Below, in pieces: positions 47,505-56,747 of a stretch of DNA of 64,000 nucleotides. The notes beneath the pieces were generated by a model. That model did not search any database. It was given only the letters and a program-made list of their open reading frames with translations, and had not been told where the DNA came from. Source of the DNA: an uncultured Chthoniobacterales bacterium (GTDB lineage Bacteria; Verrucomicrobiota; Verrucomicrobiia; Chthoniobacterales; SZAS-18). Position numbers and translations under genes: made by a program. The stretch is from positions 32,698 to 96,697 of the forward strand of contig CAXTBX010000003.1 in assembly GCA_964242205.1 (NCBI GenBank). Direction: 5' to 3'. Numbering within the stretch: the first letter of the stretch is position 1; each line of letters opens with the position of its first letter.

Positions 47505-49016
47505 ATGCTGACCGCTTTCGCCAATTCTTTAAAAGTGCCCGAGCTGCGGGCGAGGATCATTTTTACCTTGATCGTGGTCATCATCGTGCGCATCGGTGCG
47601 CAGATTACCACGCCGGGGGTCAACGCCCACGTCCTGCACGAGTGGTTCCTGACCCAGGTCGATAACCAATCTACCGGTTCGGTGGCGGCGCTGTTTAACA
47701 TCTTCAGCGGCGGCGCGCTGGAAAACTGCGCTATCTTCTCGCTGGGCATCATGCCATACATCAGCGCGTCGATCATGCTGCAGCTGATGTCGTCGATCAT
47801 TCCGCAGCTCGCCAAGTTGCAGAAGGAAGACGGCGGTCGCCAGAAGATCAGTCAGTACACCCGGTATGCGACGCTGGTCCTGTGTTTGTTCCAGGGCTAC
47901 CTGTTCGCCAAGTCGTTTGAGAACCCGCAGTCGAATCCTTTCCTACCGGGCATCATGGCGACGATCCAGAAGACGGGCGAGAGCCTCGTTACCAATCCTG
48001 GCGTCGGGTTTGAAATGCTGTCGGTCGTCAGCCTGACTGCTGGGACGATGCTCCTCATGTGGCTGGGCGATCAGATCACCGAGCGCGGCATCGGCAATGG
48101 TATTTCGCTCATCATCACCATCGGCATCGTGGCCCGCCTGCCCGCCGCCCTGATCCAGGCGTGGCACACGTTCGTGCCAAGCGCTGGTTCCACGGCCCAA
48201 GCCAACCCGATTATCCTGGTGATCATGGTGGCGTTCTTCTTCATCGTGGTCGGTTCGATCATTGCGCTGACCCAGGCACAGCGGAAAATTAGTGTGCAGT
48301 ACGCGCGCCGCATCGTGGGCCGCAAGGAGTTCCGTGGTGGCACGCAGTCGCTCCCGCTTAAGCTCAACTACGCGGGCGTCATGCCGATCATCTTCGGTCA
48401 GGCGATCCTCTTGTTCCCGGCGACGATCATTAACACGCTGTTCAGCAAGGGGCCGTATGCCCAAACGGCGGGCGCACTGGCCGCTAACCTGACGAATGGC
48501 TGGATGCACTACACGCTCTACGCCATCCTGATTTTCTTCTTCAGCTACTTCTGGGTAGCGATGATGTTCCAGCCGGGCCAAATCGCCGACGAACTCAAGA
48601 AAAACGGCGGTTACATCCCCGGCGTGCGCCCTGGCAAGCCAACGGCGGATTTCCTGGATTACACGATGTCCCGCCTGACGTTTGCGGGCGCGATTTTCCT
48701 AGTGATCGTGGCGACGTTGCCACAATTGCTTTCCCGTGCGCTCAACGTGCCATATATCACGGCGCAGTTCTTCGGCGGCACGAGCTTGCTCATCATTGTC
48801 GGCGTGATGCTCGACACGATGCGCCAGATCGAAACGCACCTGATCCAGCGTCACTACGACGGCTTCCTGCGCAAGGGCAAGAAGGAGGGCGGACGCTACA
48901 ACGCGCTCAGCCCGGTCAAGGCGGGTGAACCGGCCAAGCAGACGACGGCGGTTATGCTGTGTGTGGGCGGGGCGGTGGTCGTGATCTGCGGCCTGGCGTA
49001 TTTTCTGAATCGTTAA
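47505..49016 (+). CDS. secY: preprotein translocase SecY
   Basis: SIFSLGIMPYISASI, GIGNGISL, LKKNGGYIPGVRPG. Confidence 0.99.
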   Translation: MLTAFANSLKVPELRARIIFTLIVVIIVRIGAQITTPGVNAHVLHEWFLTQVDNQSTGSVAALFNIFSGGALENCAIFSLGIMPYISASIMLQLMSSIIPQLAKLQKEDGGRQKISQYTRYATLVLCLFQGYLFAKSFENPQSNPFLPGIMATIQKTGESLVTNPGVGFEMLSVVSLTAGTMLLMWLGDQITERGIGNGISLIITIGIVARLPAALIQAWHTFVPSAGSTAQANPIILVIMVAFFFIVVGSIIALTQAQRKISVQYARRIVGRKEFRGGTQSLPLKLNYAGVMPIIFGQAILLFPATIINTLFSKGPYAQTAGALAANLTNGWMHYTLYAILIFFFSYFWVAMMFQPGQIADELKKNGGYIPGVRPGKPTADFLDYTMSRLTFAGAIFLVIVATLPQLLSRALNVPYITAQFFGGTSLLIIVGVMLDTMRQIETHLIQRHYDGFLRKGKKEGGRYNALSPVKAGEPAKQTTAVMLCVGGAVVVICGLAYFLNR

Positions 49017-49032
49017 AAACGCGGAAATGAGG

Positions 49033-49115
49033 AGTCGGAACGCGGAAGTCGGAAAATCTGCATCCTGAGCTTTTGCCTCTAATTTCCGCGTTCCGACTTT
49101 CCACTTCCGACTTTC
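49033..49115. repeat. heptamer-armed inverted repeat between secY and adk
   Basis: GTCGGAACGCGGAA paired with TTCCGCGTTCCGAC, followed by further TTCCGAC-type units. Confidence 0.7.
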
Positions 49116-49790
49116 ATGCCCTCTCTCCGCCTCGTCCTGCTCGGCCCGCCCGCCTCCGGGAAGGGGACGCAGGGGCGGATTATGACCGAACGCTGGGGGG
49201 CGGCGGTCGTATCGGCGGGTGACGTGCTCCGGGCGGAGATCGCCGCCGGGACACCGCTCGGCCAGGAAGCCGCGCGCGAAATGGACCAGGGCCGCCTCGT
49301 GCCGGACCGCGTGGCCATCGCGGCGGTCGAAAGCTGGCTGGACGCGCACCGTGACGCCTTCATCTTCGACGGTTTTCCCCGGACGGTCGGCCAAGCCGAG
49401 GCGCTGGACGCCGTGCTGGTCCGCCGCCAGTCACCGCTCACGGCGGTGCTGTGGCTGGAGCTGCCGGTCGCGCAGATCGAGGAGCGTGTCAGTCACCGGG
49501 TCGTGTGCAAGGAATGCGGACGCAGTTTTCAGGTGGGTCTGCACGTTGCCAGCCAATCCGCCGCCTGCCCGGTCTGCGGCGGGGCGTTAACCGTCCGCAG
49601 CGACGACAACAGTGCCATGCTTACCAACCGCATGGAGCAATACCGCGCACATACGCAACCGGTGATGGACTATTACGAGGGCCAGAGACTTCTCCAGCGC
49701 ATCGACGCGAGCGGTACACCGGAGGATGTTTTTGCGCGGATCGAAACCGCCGTCCAGGCAAAGGTCGTGGTCGAGCACGCCGTCGCCTAG
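49116..49790 (+). CDS. adk: adenylate kinase (zinc-LID type)
   Basis: GPPASGKGTQ, FDGFPRT, CKEC..CPVC. Confidence 0.97.
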   Translation: MPSLRLVLLGPPASGKGTQGRIMTERWGAAVVSAGDVLRAEIAAGTPLGQEAAREMDQGRLVPDRVAIAAVESWLDAHRDAFIFDGFPRTVGQAEALDAVLVRRQSPLTAVLWLELPVAQIEERVSHRVVCKECGRSFQVGLHVASQSAACPVCGGALTVRSDDNSAMLTNRMEQYRAHTQPVMDYYEGQRLLQRIDASGTPEDVFARIETAVQAKVVVEHAVA

Positions 49791-49854
49791 ACAACGGCGA
49801 AAAGCGTCTTTTCCTTAACAACTTCCGCGTTCCGACTTCCGACTTTCCGCTTTC

Positions 49855-50622
49855 ATGGGCCAGATCCACATCAAAAGTCCGCGCGAGATCGAAAAGATGC
49901 GCAAAGCGGGCAAGGCGGCGAGCGAGATCCTCGACAAACTCGGCGACTTCCTGCGCCCGGGCGTGCTCACGCGCGACGTGGACCAGTATGCCAAGGAACT
50001 CATCGCCGAGGCCGGATGCAAGAGCGCATTCTTGGGCTACCGCAAGTTCCCCGGCCAGATTTGCATCTCCATCAACGAGCAGGTCGTCCACGGCATCGGC
50101 GGTGCGCGGACCGTGCAGTACGGCGACATCGTCAAGATCGACGTGGGCGTGTTCAAGGACGGCTGGGTGGGGGACAATGCCCGCACCTTCCCCATCGGCA
50201 TCATCCCGCCCGCATGGCAGCGGCTGTTACAGGTCACGGAGGAGGCGCTGGAAAAGGCCATCCCGTTCGCGCGGGAAGGGCGGCGGCTCTACGACGTGTC
50301 GGGCACGATTGAAAACCACGTCGTCAGCCACGGGTATAGCGTGGTGCGCGAGTTCGTCGGTCACGGTGTCGGGCGCAAGCTGCACGAGGAGCCGCAGGTG
50401 CCCAACTACCGGGCGGGCGACAACCCGAAGCTCAAGGCCGGGATGACGCTGGCCATCGAGCCGATGGTCAACCTGGGCGGAGCCGAGGTAAAAGTTTTGG
50501 CGGATAACTGGACGGTGGTGACGACAGATGGTAAACCGTCAGCGCATTTCGAGCACACGGTGCTCGTGACCAGGGGCGAACCCGAGATCCTGACATGGCG
50601 CGAAAAGATGCTATCGAAGTAG
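49855..50622 (+). CDS. map: methionine aminopeptidase type I
   Basis: [27 protein letters not shown]. Confidence 0.98.
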   Translation: MGQIHIKSPREIEKMRKAGKAASEILDKLGDFLRPGVLTRDVDQYAKELIAEAGCKSAFLGYRKFPGQICISINEQVVHGIGGARTVQYGDIVKIDVGVFKDGWVGDNARTFPIGIIPPAWQRLLQVTEEALEKAIPFAREGRRLYDVSGTIENHVVSHGYSVVREFVGHGVGRKLHEEPQVPNYRAGDNPKLKAGMTLAIEPMVNLGGAEVKVLADNWTVVTTDGKPSAHFEHTVLVTRGEPEILTWREKMLSK

Positions 50623-50813
50623 AAGCCAAGGTGATCGAGTTGTTACCCAACACGATGTTTCGGGTGGAACTGCCCACCGGAAAGCGCATCCTGGCACATA
50701 TTTCGGGAAAAATGCGATTACACTTCATTCGTATCTTGCCAGGCGACAAAGTTATGATAGAGATGAGTCCCTACGACTTGACGAGAGGGCGGATCACGTT
50801 CCGCCATCGTTGA
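50595..50813 (+). CDS. infA: translation initiation factor IF-1
   Basis: [27 protein letters not shown]. Confidence 0.98.
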   Translation: MARKDAIEVEAKVIELLPNTMFRVELPTGKRILAHISGKMRLHFIRILPGDKVMIEMSPYDLTRGRITFRHR

Positions 50814-50889
50814 ACGAACAGGACAAGGCGAAGCCCGCCCCGCCAGGGGATGGGTAGCGCCTTTTTCGCCATTTTTCCCAAGAATCCCT

Positions 50890-51003
50890 ATGAAAGTCCG
50901 AGCAAGCGTCAAGCGGTTGTGTGAACACTGCAAAATCGTCAAGCGTAAGAACGTGGTGCGGGTCATCTGCACCAACGCGCGCCACAAACAGCGTCAGGGC
51001 TAA
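50890..51003 (+). CDS. rpmJ: 50S ribosomal protein L36 (zinc-binding type)
   Basis: translated manually: [37 protein letters not shown]; too short for the ORF track. Confidence 0.97.
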   Translation: MKVRASVKRLCEHCKIVKRKNVVRVICTNARHKQRQG

Positions 51004-51051
51004 CCAGCCCAGCCACGCGCGTCCCAAAACCCGAGCCCAGCCCACTATTTT

Positions 51052-51435
51052 ATGCCCCGTCTGTTAGGAGTCGACATCCCCGGTGAGAAGCGCATCGAAG
51101 CTTCCCTGCCTTACATTTACGGCATTGGCCCGAAGACTGCCCAGCGCATTCTCGAACGCGCCAATGTTGACGTGAATATCCGCGCCAAAGATCTGACGCC
51201 CTCGCAGATCGGCGAGATCATCAGCGCAATCACCGCGAGCAAGCTGCCCATTGAGGGCGACCTGCGCCGCGAGATCCAAGGCAACCTGAAGCGCCTCCAG
51301 GCGATCAACTGCTACCGGGGCATCCGCCACCGGCGCGGCCTGCCCGTGCGTGGCCAGCGCACCTCCACCAACGCCCGCACCCGCAAGGGGCCGCGCAAGA
51401 CCGTCGGCGTGCAGCGCGCGAAAGACAAGAAGTAA
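51052..51435 (+). CDS. rpsM: 30S ribosomal protein S13
   Basis: [23 protein letters not shown]. Confidence 0.99.
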   Translation: MPRLLGVDIPGEKRIEASLPYIYGIGPKTAQRILERANVDVNIRAKDLTPSQIGEIISAITASKLPIEGDLRREIQGNLKRLQAINCYRGIRHRRGLPVRGQRTSTNARTRKGPRKTVGVQRAKDKK

Positions 51436-51486
51436 GGAATCCAAGAACCCAGGAATTCTGGGTTCCAATTCGTTAAATTTAATCGT

Positions 51487-52101
51487 ATGGCCGAAGAAGA
51501 AAACAAACCCACTGAGGAAGCTGCCGCTCCCACGAGCGTTGCTCCTGCGACGGAGCCAACTGCCGCGCCCGCCACGGACGCGCCTGCCGCCGCCACCACC
51601 GCTGCCGCTCCGGCAGTCGCTGCGCCCAAAGCGCCGCGCGCCAAGGCTCCTAAGAAGGACGCCGCTGCCCCTGAAGAAAAGCCCAAGGAGAACCTGTCGC
51701 TCGACCCGAACGACGTGGAGAAGCCCAAGATCGTCCGCGCCAAGGGTGCGAAGAACGTCATCGTTGGCATCGCCCACATTTTTTCGACGTTCAATAATAC
51801 CAGCGTCACCATTACCGACCTGAACGGCAATGTCATCGGCTGGTCCAGCGCGGGCAAGGTCGGCTTCAAGGGCAGCCGCAAGAGCACGGCCTACGCCGCC
51901 CAGATGGCCGCGCAGGACGCCAGCCGTCAGGCCATGGGCCACGGCTTGAAGGAAGTCGAGGTTCGCGTGAAGGGTCCGGGTGCCGGACGCGAATCAGCGG
52001 TGCGCGCGCTTCAGGCCATCGGCTTGGAAGTGACCGTCATCCGCGACGTGACCCCCGTGCCGCACAACGGCTGCCGCCCCCCGAAGCAACGCCGCGTCTG
52101 A
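51487..52101 (+). CDS. rpsK: 30S ribosomal protein S11 with long Ala/Pro/Glu-rich N-terminal extension
   Basis: [32 protein letters not shown]. Confidence 0.99.
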   Translation: MAEEENKPTEEAAAPTSVAPATEPTAAPATDAPAAATTAAAPAVAAPKAPRAKAPKKDAAAPEEKPKENLSLDPNDVEKPKIVRAKGAKNVIVGIAHIFSTFNNTSVTITDLNGNVIGWSSAGKVGFKGSRKSTAYAAQMAAQDASRQAMGHGLKEVEVRVKGPGAGRESAVRALQAIGLEVTVIRDVTPVPHNGCRPPKQRRV

Positions 52102-52147
52102 CGCGGGCTGTTCGATCCTCTAACACCGCATTTTTCAAGATTCAGTT

Positions 52148-52759
52148 ATGGCAAGGTTTACTGGTCCCAAAACGAAAGTCAGCCGCCGCTACGGAGTGCC
52201 GATCTTTGGCCCCTCGAAAGCGCTGGAACGCAAGAATTATCCCCCCGGCATCCATGGGCCGAAGGGTTCGCGCCGCAAGCAGTCGGAGTATGCCATCGCC
52301 CTCGGCGAGAAGCAGAAGCTCCGTTACATGTACGGCTTGATGGAACGGCAGTTCCGCCGTTATTACGAGATCGCGTTGCGCCGACGCGGCATCACGGGCG
52401 AGACGCTTTTGCAGTTGCTCGAAACCCGGTTGGACAACGTGGTTTTCCGGCTCGGGTTTGCGAACACCCGCCGGGGCGCGCGCCAATTGGTCGGTCACGG
52501 CCATGTGGCGGTCAACGGCCGGAAGGTCGACGTGTCGTCGTTCACGGTGAAGCCGGGTGACGCGGTCATGGTGCGGGATAATCCGAAGTCGCGCCAGTTG
52601 GCGGCCCGGAACCTGGAATTGACGCAGATCGTGCCGGTGCCGGATTGGCTGACGGTGAACCGCGACGCCTTGAGCGGCACGGTGGCCCGCGTGCCTTCAC
52701 GCGAGGAGATCGCGCCGATTGTCAACGAGCAGTTAATCGTCGAATTGTACTCGCGTTAA
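52148..52759 (+). CDS. rpsD: 30S ribosomal protein S4
   Basis: LETRLDNVVFRLG, ARQLVGHGH. Confidence 0.99.
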   Translation: MARFTGPKTKVSRRYGVPIFGPSKALERKNYPPGIHGPKGSRRKQSEYAIALGEKQKLRYMYGLMERQFRRYYEIALRRRGITGETLLQLLETRLDNVVFRLGFANTRRGARQLVGHGHVAVNGRKVDVSSFTVKPGDAVMVRDNPKSRQLAARNLELTQIVPVPDWLTVNRDALSGTVARVPSREEIAPIVNEQLIVELYSR

Positions 52760-52783
52760 GCGACGAAGCGAAAAGCATTACAG

Positions 52784-52814
52784 AAAGGACGACCCGTGAG
52801 GGTCGTCCTTTTTT
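52784..52814 (+). terminator. intrinsic terminator after rpsD
   Basis: AAAGGACGACCC-GTGA-GGGTCGTCCTTT followed by further T residues. Confidence 0.9.
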
Positions 52815-52891
52815 GTGGACGTGTTTCGGGAAAGACGGCTGTTCTATCGCCGCTGTCATCTGGGTCAACGTTGTTTGGGCAACCAGTTGAC

Positions 52892-52927
52892 AGGCCCTTC
52901 GGCTCGGTGCACTCACTCAAGATTACA
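52892..52927 (-). repeat. dispersed REP-like element, copy 2
   Basis: reverse complement matches 38600-38635 at 30/36 positions. Confidence 0.7.
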
Positions 52928-53062
52928 AACCTTCTGCGGTTAGCGCATAGTATTGATTTGGGCGGAGACGGCGAGAGCCATGGCGTGAAATACAACTGAA
53001 CGGCTGCGCCGTAATTGCATTTATCGCGCTCAGAGGTCGCAATCTACCTGCAGTCTAATCGA

Positions 53063-54112
53063 TCAGTCCACGGGACGGTCGCGCCGGAACAGAGACGTGC
53101 GCGCACGCTGGCCGAAAATCTCATCTAATTCCCGGGCGCTCGGCTCGCGGAATGTCGCCTTGGCGCGGCGCGGAGCTGGGGAGTTATCCGCGTAAGCACT
53201 CTCCGCCACTGCCGACGTGGCAGACGTAGAATCTGCGTCCTCGGCCACTTCCTCCGGCGTCACCGGGATCGCCTTGCGCGAGGGCAAAAATTTCTGCGTC
53301 GGTATCGCCGCCTGCACCGGGCGATCACTGTCGAACAGCGGACGGCCCAACTGCAACACTGGACTGGCCACACGCACTTCGGGTTCGGGGTTGCGGATCG
53401 TGTTTGCCGTCGCAGGCAGCGATGAGGTCACGGGTTGAGCGCGACGCACTTCCAGCGCGGCCCCGGCGGTCCCGTCGATACCGACGATCCGGCCCGTATC
53501 CTTGTCCACGATGTACCGGCTGCCCTCGCTGAGCGGCACGCCCGGCGGCGTATCGGTATCAATCGGGGAAGATTCGTCGGGAGCAGCTTCGTCTGTGACG
53601 AGTGCCGAGCTATTGGCCAACTCCGGTTTAGACGAAAGAACCATGTTCACCTTGAGACGGGCGTGCTGCCGCCCGCCGTCGTAGGTCACATCAATGTAAC
53701 GCGGTTGGTCAGAGAATTCGGCAAAATGCCACTCGGTCGAATCGGCGACCGTGGGAGTGGCAGAATGGGCCTCGGAAGTGGGCTGGATGGGAACAAGATT
53801 GGGTAGGACCGTATTCCCGGTATCACCGTTAGCCAACGTCGTTTCCTTGGCGGGGGGCGTCTTGGTAAGGCTTAAATGATTGCCCATTTGCCGGTAGATG
53901 AACACCGAAGCGCCGCCAACGCCGATCAGGCTGGCCACGATCACCATTGCCAAAACCAGCGAAACGTTCAGGAAAGCACGTCCGGCCCGGGCGACGGCGG
54001 AAGAAGATTGGCGGGGAGTTTGATCATCCACGACGTAGAAATCGTGCCCGGCAATGTCTTCGGTTGTTTGAGCTGCGCAGGAGTGATCGTCAGTTGTCGC
54101 GCGGGCGGGCAT
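53063..54112 (-). CDS. hypothetical single-pass membrane protein
   Basis: one TM helix (LVLAMVIVASLIGVGGASVFIY) and a low-complexity exported region. Confidence 0.65.
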   Translation of the reverse strand: MPARATTDDHSCAAQTTEDIAGHDFYVVDDQTPRQSSSAVARAGRAFLNVSLVLAMVIVASLIGVGGASVFIYRQMGNHLSLTKTPPAKETTLANGDTGNTVLPNLVPIQPTSEAHSATPTVADSTEWHFAEFSDQPRYIDVTYDGGRQHARLKVNMVLSSKPELANSSALVTDEAAPDESSPIDTDTPPGVPLSEGSRYIVDKDTGRIVGIDGTAGAALEVRRAQPVTSSLPATANTIRNPEPEVRVASPVLQLGRPLFDSDRPVQAAIPTQKFLPSRKAIPVTPEEVAEDADSTSATSAVAESAYADNSPAPRRAKATFREPSARELDEIFGQRARTSLFRRDRPVD

Positions 54113-54131
54113 CGGCTATGGTCGCCGCCTC

Positions 54132-55967
54132 ATGAGCAGCGAAGAGCGGCGGACGCCGATCCTGGACCCGGCGCGCCCGCTTCGCCGCTGGTGGCCCTTG
54201 CCGGCGGCGTTGGCCAGCGGCGGGCTGCTGACGCTTTGCTTCGCGCCCTGGAACCAGGCTTGGCTGTGCTGGCTGGCGCTGACCCCGCTGCTGGCCGCGC
54301 TGTGGTCGTTGCGCGCCGATCTGCCGGTGGCCGACGACGCGCCAGGAAAATGGTGGCGGCCCCGGTGGTTGCGGCGGCTGGCGGCGAAGCGATGGGCGCG
54401 CGGGTTTGCGCTGGGCTACGCGGCGGGGCTGGTGTTTTTCTGGGGCGCGTTTTACTGGCTCGCGCAGGTGACGGGCATCGGCTGGTTCATCCTGCCGTTC
54501 TACATGGGGCTGTATTTCGCCGCCTGGGGAGCCTTCGTGGCCACGTTGGCGCATCCTGGCGAGGCTAGACTCGCCGAGAGTCCGCAACGGGTGATCTCGA
54601 TGGCACAGTCCATCCTTCGCACGCCCGAACCGGCGTCCACCTCGCCGTTGCTGCGCTCGCGCTGGAACCTGTGGTTCGCGTTTCTCGGCGCGGCGGCGTG
54701 GACCGGCCTAGAATGGGTGCGCGGCTGGATGTTCTCGGGCTTCGGCTGGAACGACCTCGGCGTGGCCCTGCACGACAACGTGGCGTTCTTGCAAATCACG
54801 GCCTGGACGGGCGTGGGCGGGTTGTCGTTCCTGGCGGCGTTCGTCAACATCATCGCCGTGGCGACGGTGCTGCGTTTCTCGCTGGAAGTGCGCACGCACC
54901 GCATCAGGCCCCACTTCGATTTCACGCTGACCGTGACGGCGATGCTGCTGGTCTTTTCCTACGGCATTCACCGGGTTCGCTCCACGGCGCGGGAACTGGC
55001 GCAGCCGGGCGCGACGGTGGCATTGCGGGTGGCGGCAGTGCAGGCGGGCATCCCGCAGGACCAGAAGTGGAACCCCACGCTGGAGGAACACATCCACGAC
55101 CAATACCGGCGGCTGTCCGATGCCGCCATCGCCACGCATCCGCAGCTCCTCCTCTGGCCCGAGGCCGCGACGACCTACGGCATGTTCGACGCGCGCGGCG
55201 ACACCAAGAACTTCGTGGACGGCATCGCCGACAAAGCGGGCTGCAACCTGCTGCTCGGCACGCTGGACTACGATTTCGGCTCTGATGGCCGCGCCGAGGC
55301 CGACTACAACGCCGCCATGCTGCGCGCCACCGGCGACCTGCGCTACCAGATTTACCGCAAGATGCACCTCGTGCCGTTCGGCGAGTTCGTGCCGTTCCGA
55401 CACTCGTTCCCGCTGTTCGCGTGGATCATCGGCGACCAGGTGCCGGGAGATTTCGCGGCGGGCACGGAGCCGGGCGTGTTCCTGGCACACGACCCGGACG
55501 TGCGGCTCGGGCCGCTGATCTGCTTCGAAGACACGGTCGGGCGCGTGGCACGCCAGCCCGTGCTCCTGGGCGCGCAGGTGCTCGTGAACATCACGAACGA
55601 CGGCTGGTTCGGGCGCACCGCCGCGAATCAGCAACAGCTCGCCGAATCCGTGTTTCGCGCGGCGGAAAACCGGCGTCCGCTGGTGCGCTGCGCGAACACG
55701 GGCGTGACGGCGTTCGTCGACGCGACCGGGCGCGTGACGCAACTCCTGCGCGAGCTGGGCACGGGCAGCGTGTTCGCCGCCGGGGTGCTGGCGGGAGAGA
55801 TCAAGGTGTCGGTCGATCCGGCGCTGACGTTCTACACGCGCCACGGCGAGGTGTTTTCCGGCGCGTGTTTCGCGGCGGCGGGGCTGCTGGCGTTCCTGCG
55901 GTTATGGCGGCACCTGCGCGGGATCGAACTGCGGCGCGGCCAGGGCAGGGGAGGAAGGGGGCGATGA
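54132..55967 (+). CDS. lnt: apolipoprotein N-acyltransferase
   Basis: LWPEAA, KMHLVPFGEFVP, LICFED, NITNDGWF, RCANTG. Confidence 0.96.
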   Translation: MSSEERRTPILDPARPLRRWWPLPAALASGGLLTLCFAPWNQAWLCWLALTPLLAALWSLRADLPVADDAPGKWWRPRWLRRLAAKRWARGFALGYAAGLVFFWGAFYWLAQVTGIGWFILPFYMGLYFAAWGAFVATLAHPGEARLAESPQRVISMAQSILRTPEPASTSPLLRSRWNLWFAFLGAAAWTGLEWVRGWMFSGFGWNDLGVALHDNVAFLQITAWTGVGGLSFLAAFVNIIAVATVLRFSLEVRTHRIRPHFDFTLTVTAMLLVFSYGIHRVRSTARELAQPGATVALRVAAVQAGIPQDQKWNPTLEEHIHDQYRRLSDAAIATHPQLLLWPEAATTYGMFDARGDTKNFVDGIADKAGCNLLLGTLDYDFGSDGRAEADYNAAMLRATGDLRYQIYRKMHLVPFGEFVPFRHSFPLFAWIIGDQVPGDFAAGTEPGVFLAHDPDVRLGPLICFEDTVGRVARQPVLLGAQVLVNITNDGWFGRTAANQQQLAESVFRAAENRRPLVRCANTGVTAFVDATGRVTQLLRELGTGSVFAAGVLAGEIKVSVDPALTFYTRHGEVFSGACFAAAGLLAFLRLWRHLRGIELRRGQGRGGRGR

Positions 55968-56725
55968 AGCCACCGCTGGTCGTCTCGCTGCACGATGTCA
56001 GCCCGCTGACCCGCCCGACGTTTGAGCGGATGCTGGCCGACCTCGGGGCGTGGGGCGTCGGGCGTTGCTCGCTGCTGGTGATCCCGGATCATCACCGGCG
56101 CGGGTGCATGCTGGCGGACGCCGGGTTCTGCCGCTGGGTGGAGACGCTGGCCGCGCAGGGGCACGAACTGGTGGTACACGGTTATTACCACCAGCGCGCG
56201 GCGCGTCCGGCGGAGACGTGGCGGCAACGTTGCGTCACACGCGTTTACACGCAGGGAGAGGGCGAATTTTACGACTTGTCGCGCGACGAGGCGGCGGCGC
56301 TGCTGGCGCGCGCCAGGGCGGATTTTGCGCGGCTGGATGCGCCCGCGCCGACCGGCTTCATCGCGCCCGCGTGGTTGCTTAGCGACGGCGCGAACGAGGC
56401 CGTCCGGGCGGCGGGGTTCCGTTACACGACCTACCTGACTGGCGTGCGGGACTACCGCGCGGCGGGCGACGAGTTCATCCCGGCGCGCTCGCTGGTGTAC
56501 AGCCCCCGCAACGCGTGGCGGCGTGCGTGCAGCCTAGGATACAACGCCGGGTTGGCCCGGTGGCTGCGCGACGCGCCGTTGCTGCGCCTCGGCCTGCACC
56601 CGCCGGATTACCGGCACGCCGCGCTCTGGCGGCAGATCAAGCGCATCGTGGCGGAGGCGTTGCGGCGGCGGACGGCGGTGACCTACGAGGAATATCTCGG
56701 TGGACGGACGGTAATCCCCGGTTAG
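55964..56725 (+). CDS. DUF2334-like polysaccharide deacetylase family protein
   Basis: VSLHDVSP, ELVVHGYYH, GFIAPAW, RLGLHP; ATGA overlap with lnt. Confidence 0.8.
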   Translation: MKPPLVVSLHDVSPLTRPTFERMLADLGAWGVGRCSLLVIPDHHRRGCMLADAGFCRWVETLAAQGHELVVHGYYHQRAARPAETWRQRCVTRVYTQGEGEFYDLSRDEAAALLARARADFARLDAPAPTGFIAPAWLLSDGANEAVRAAGFRYTTYLTGVRDYRAAGDEFIPARSLVYSPRNAWRRACSLGYNAGLARWLRDAPLLRLGLHPPDYRHAALWRQIKRIVAEALRRRTAVTYEEYLGGRTVIPG

Positions 56726-56747
56726 CGTCGTGGGGCGTCCAACTTGC

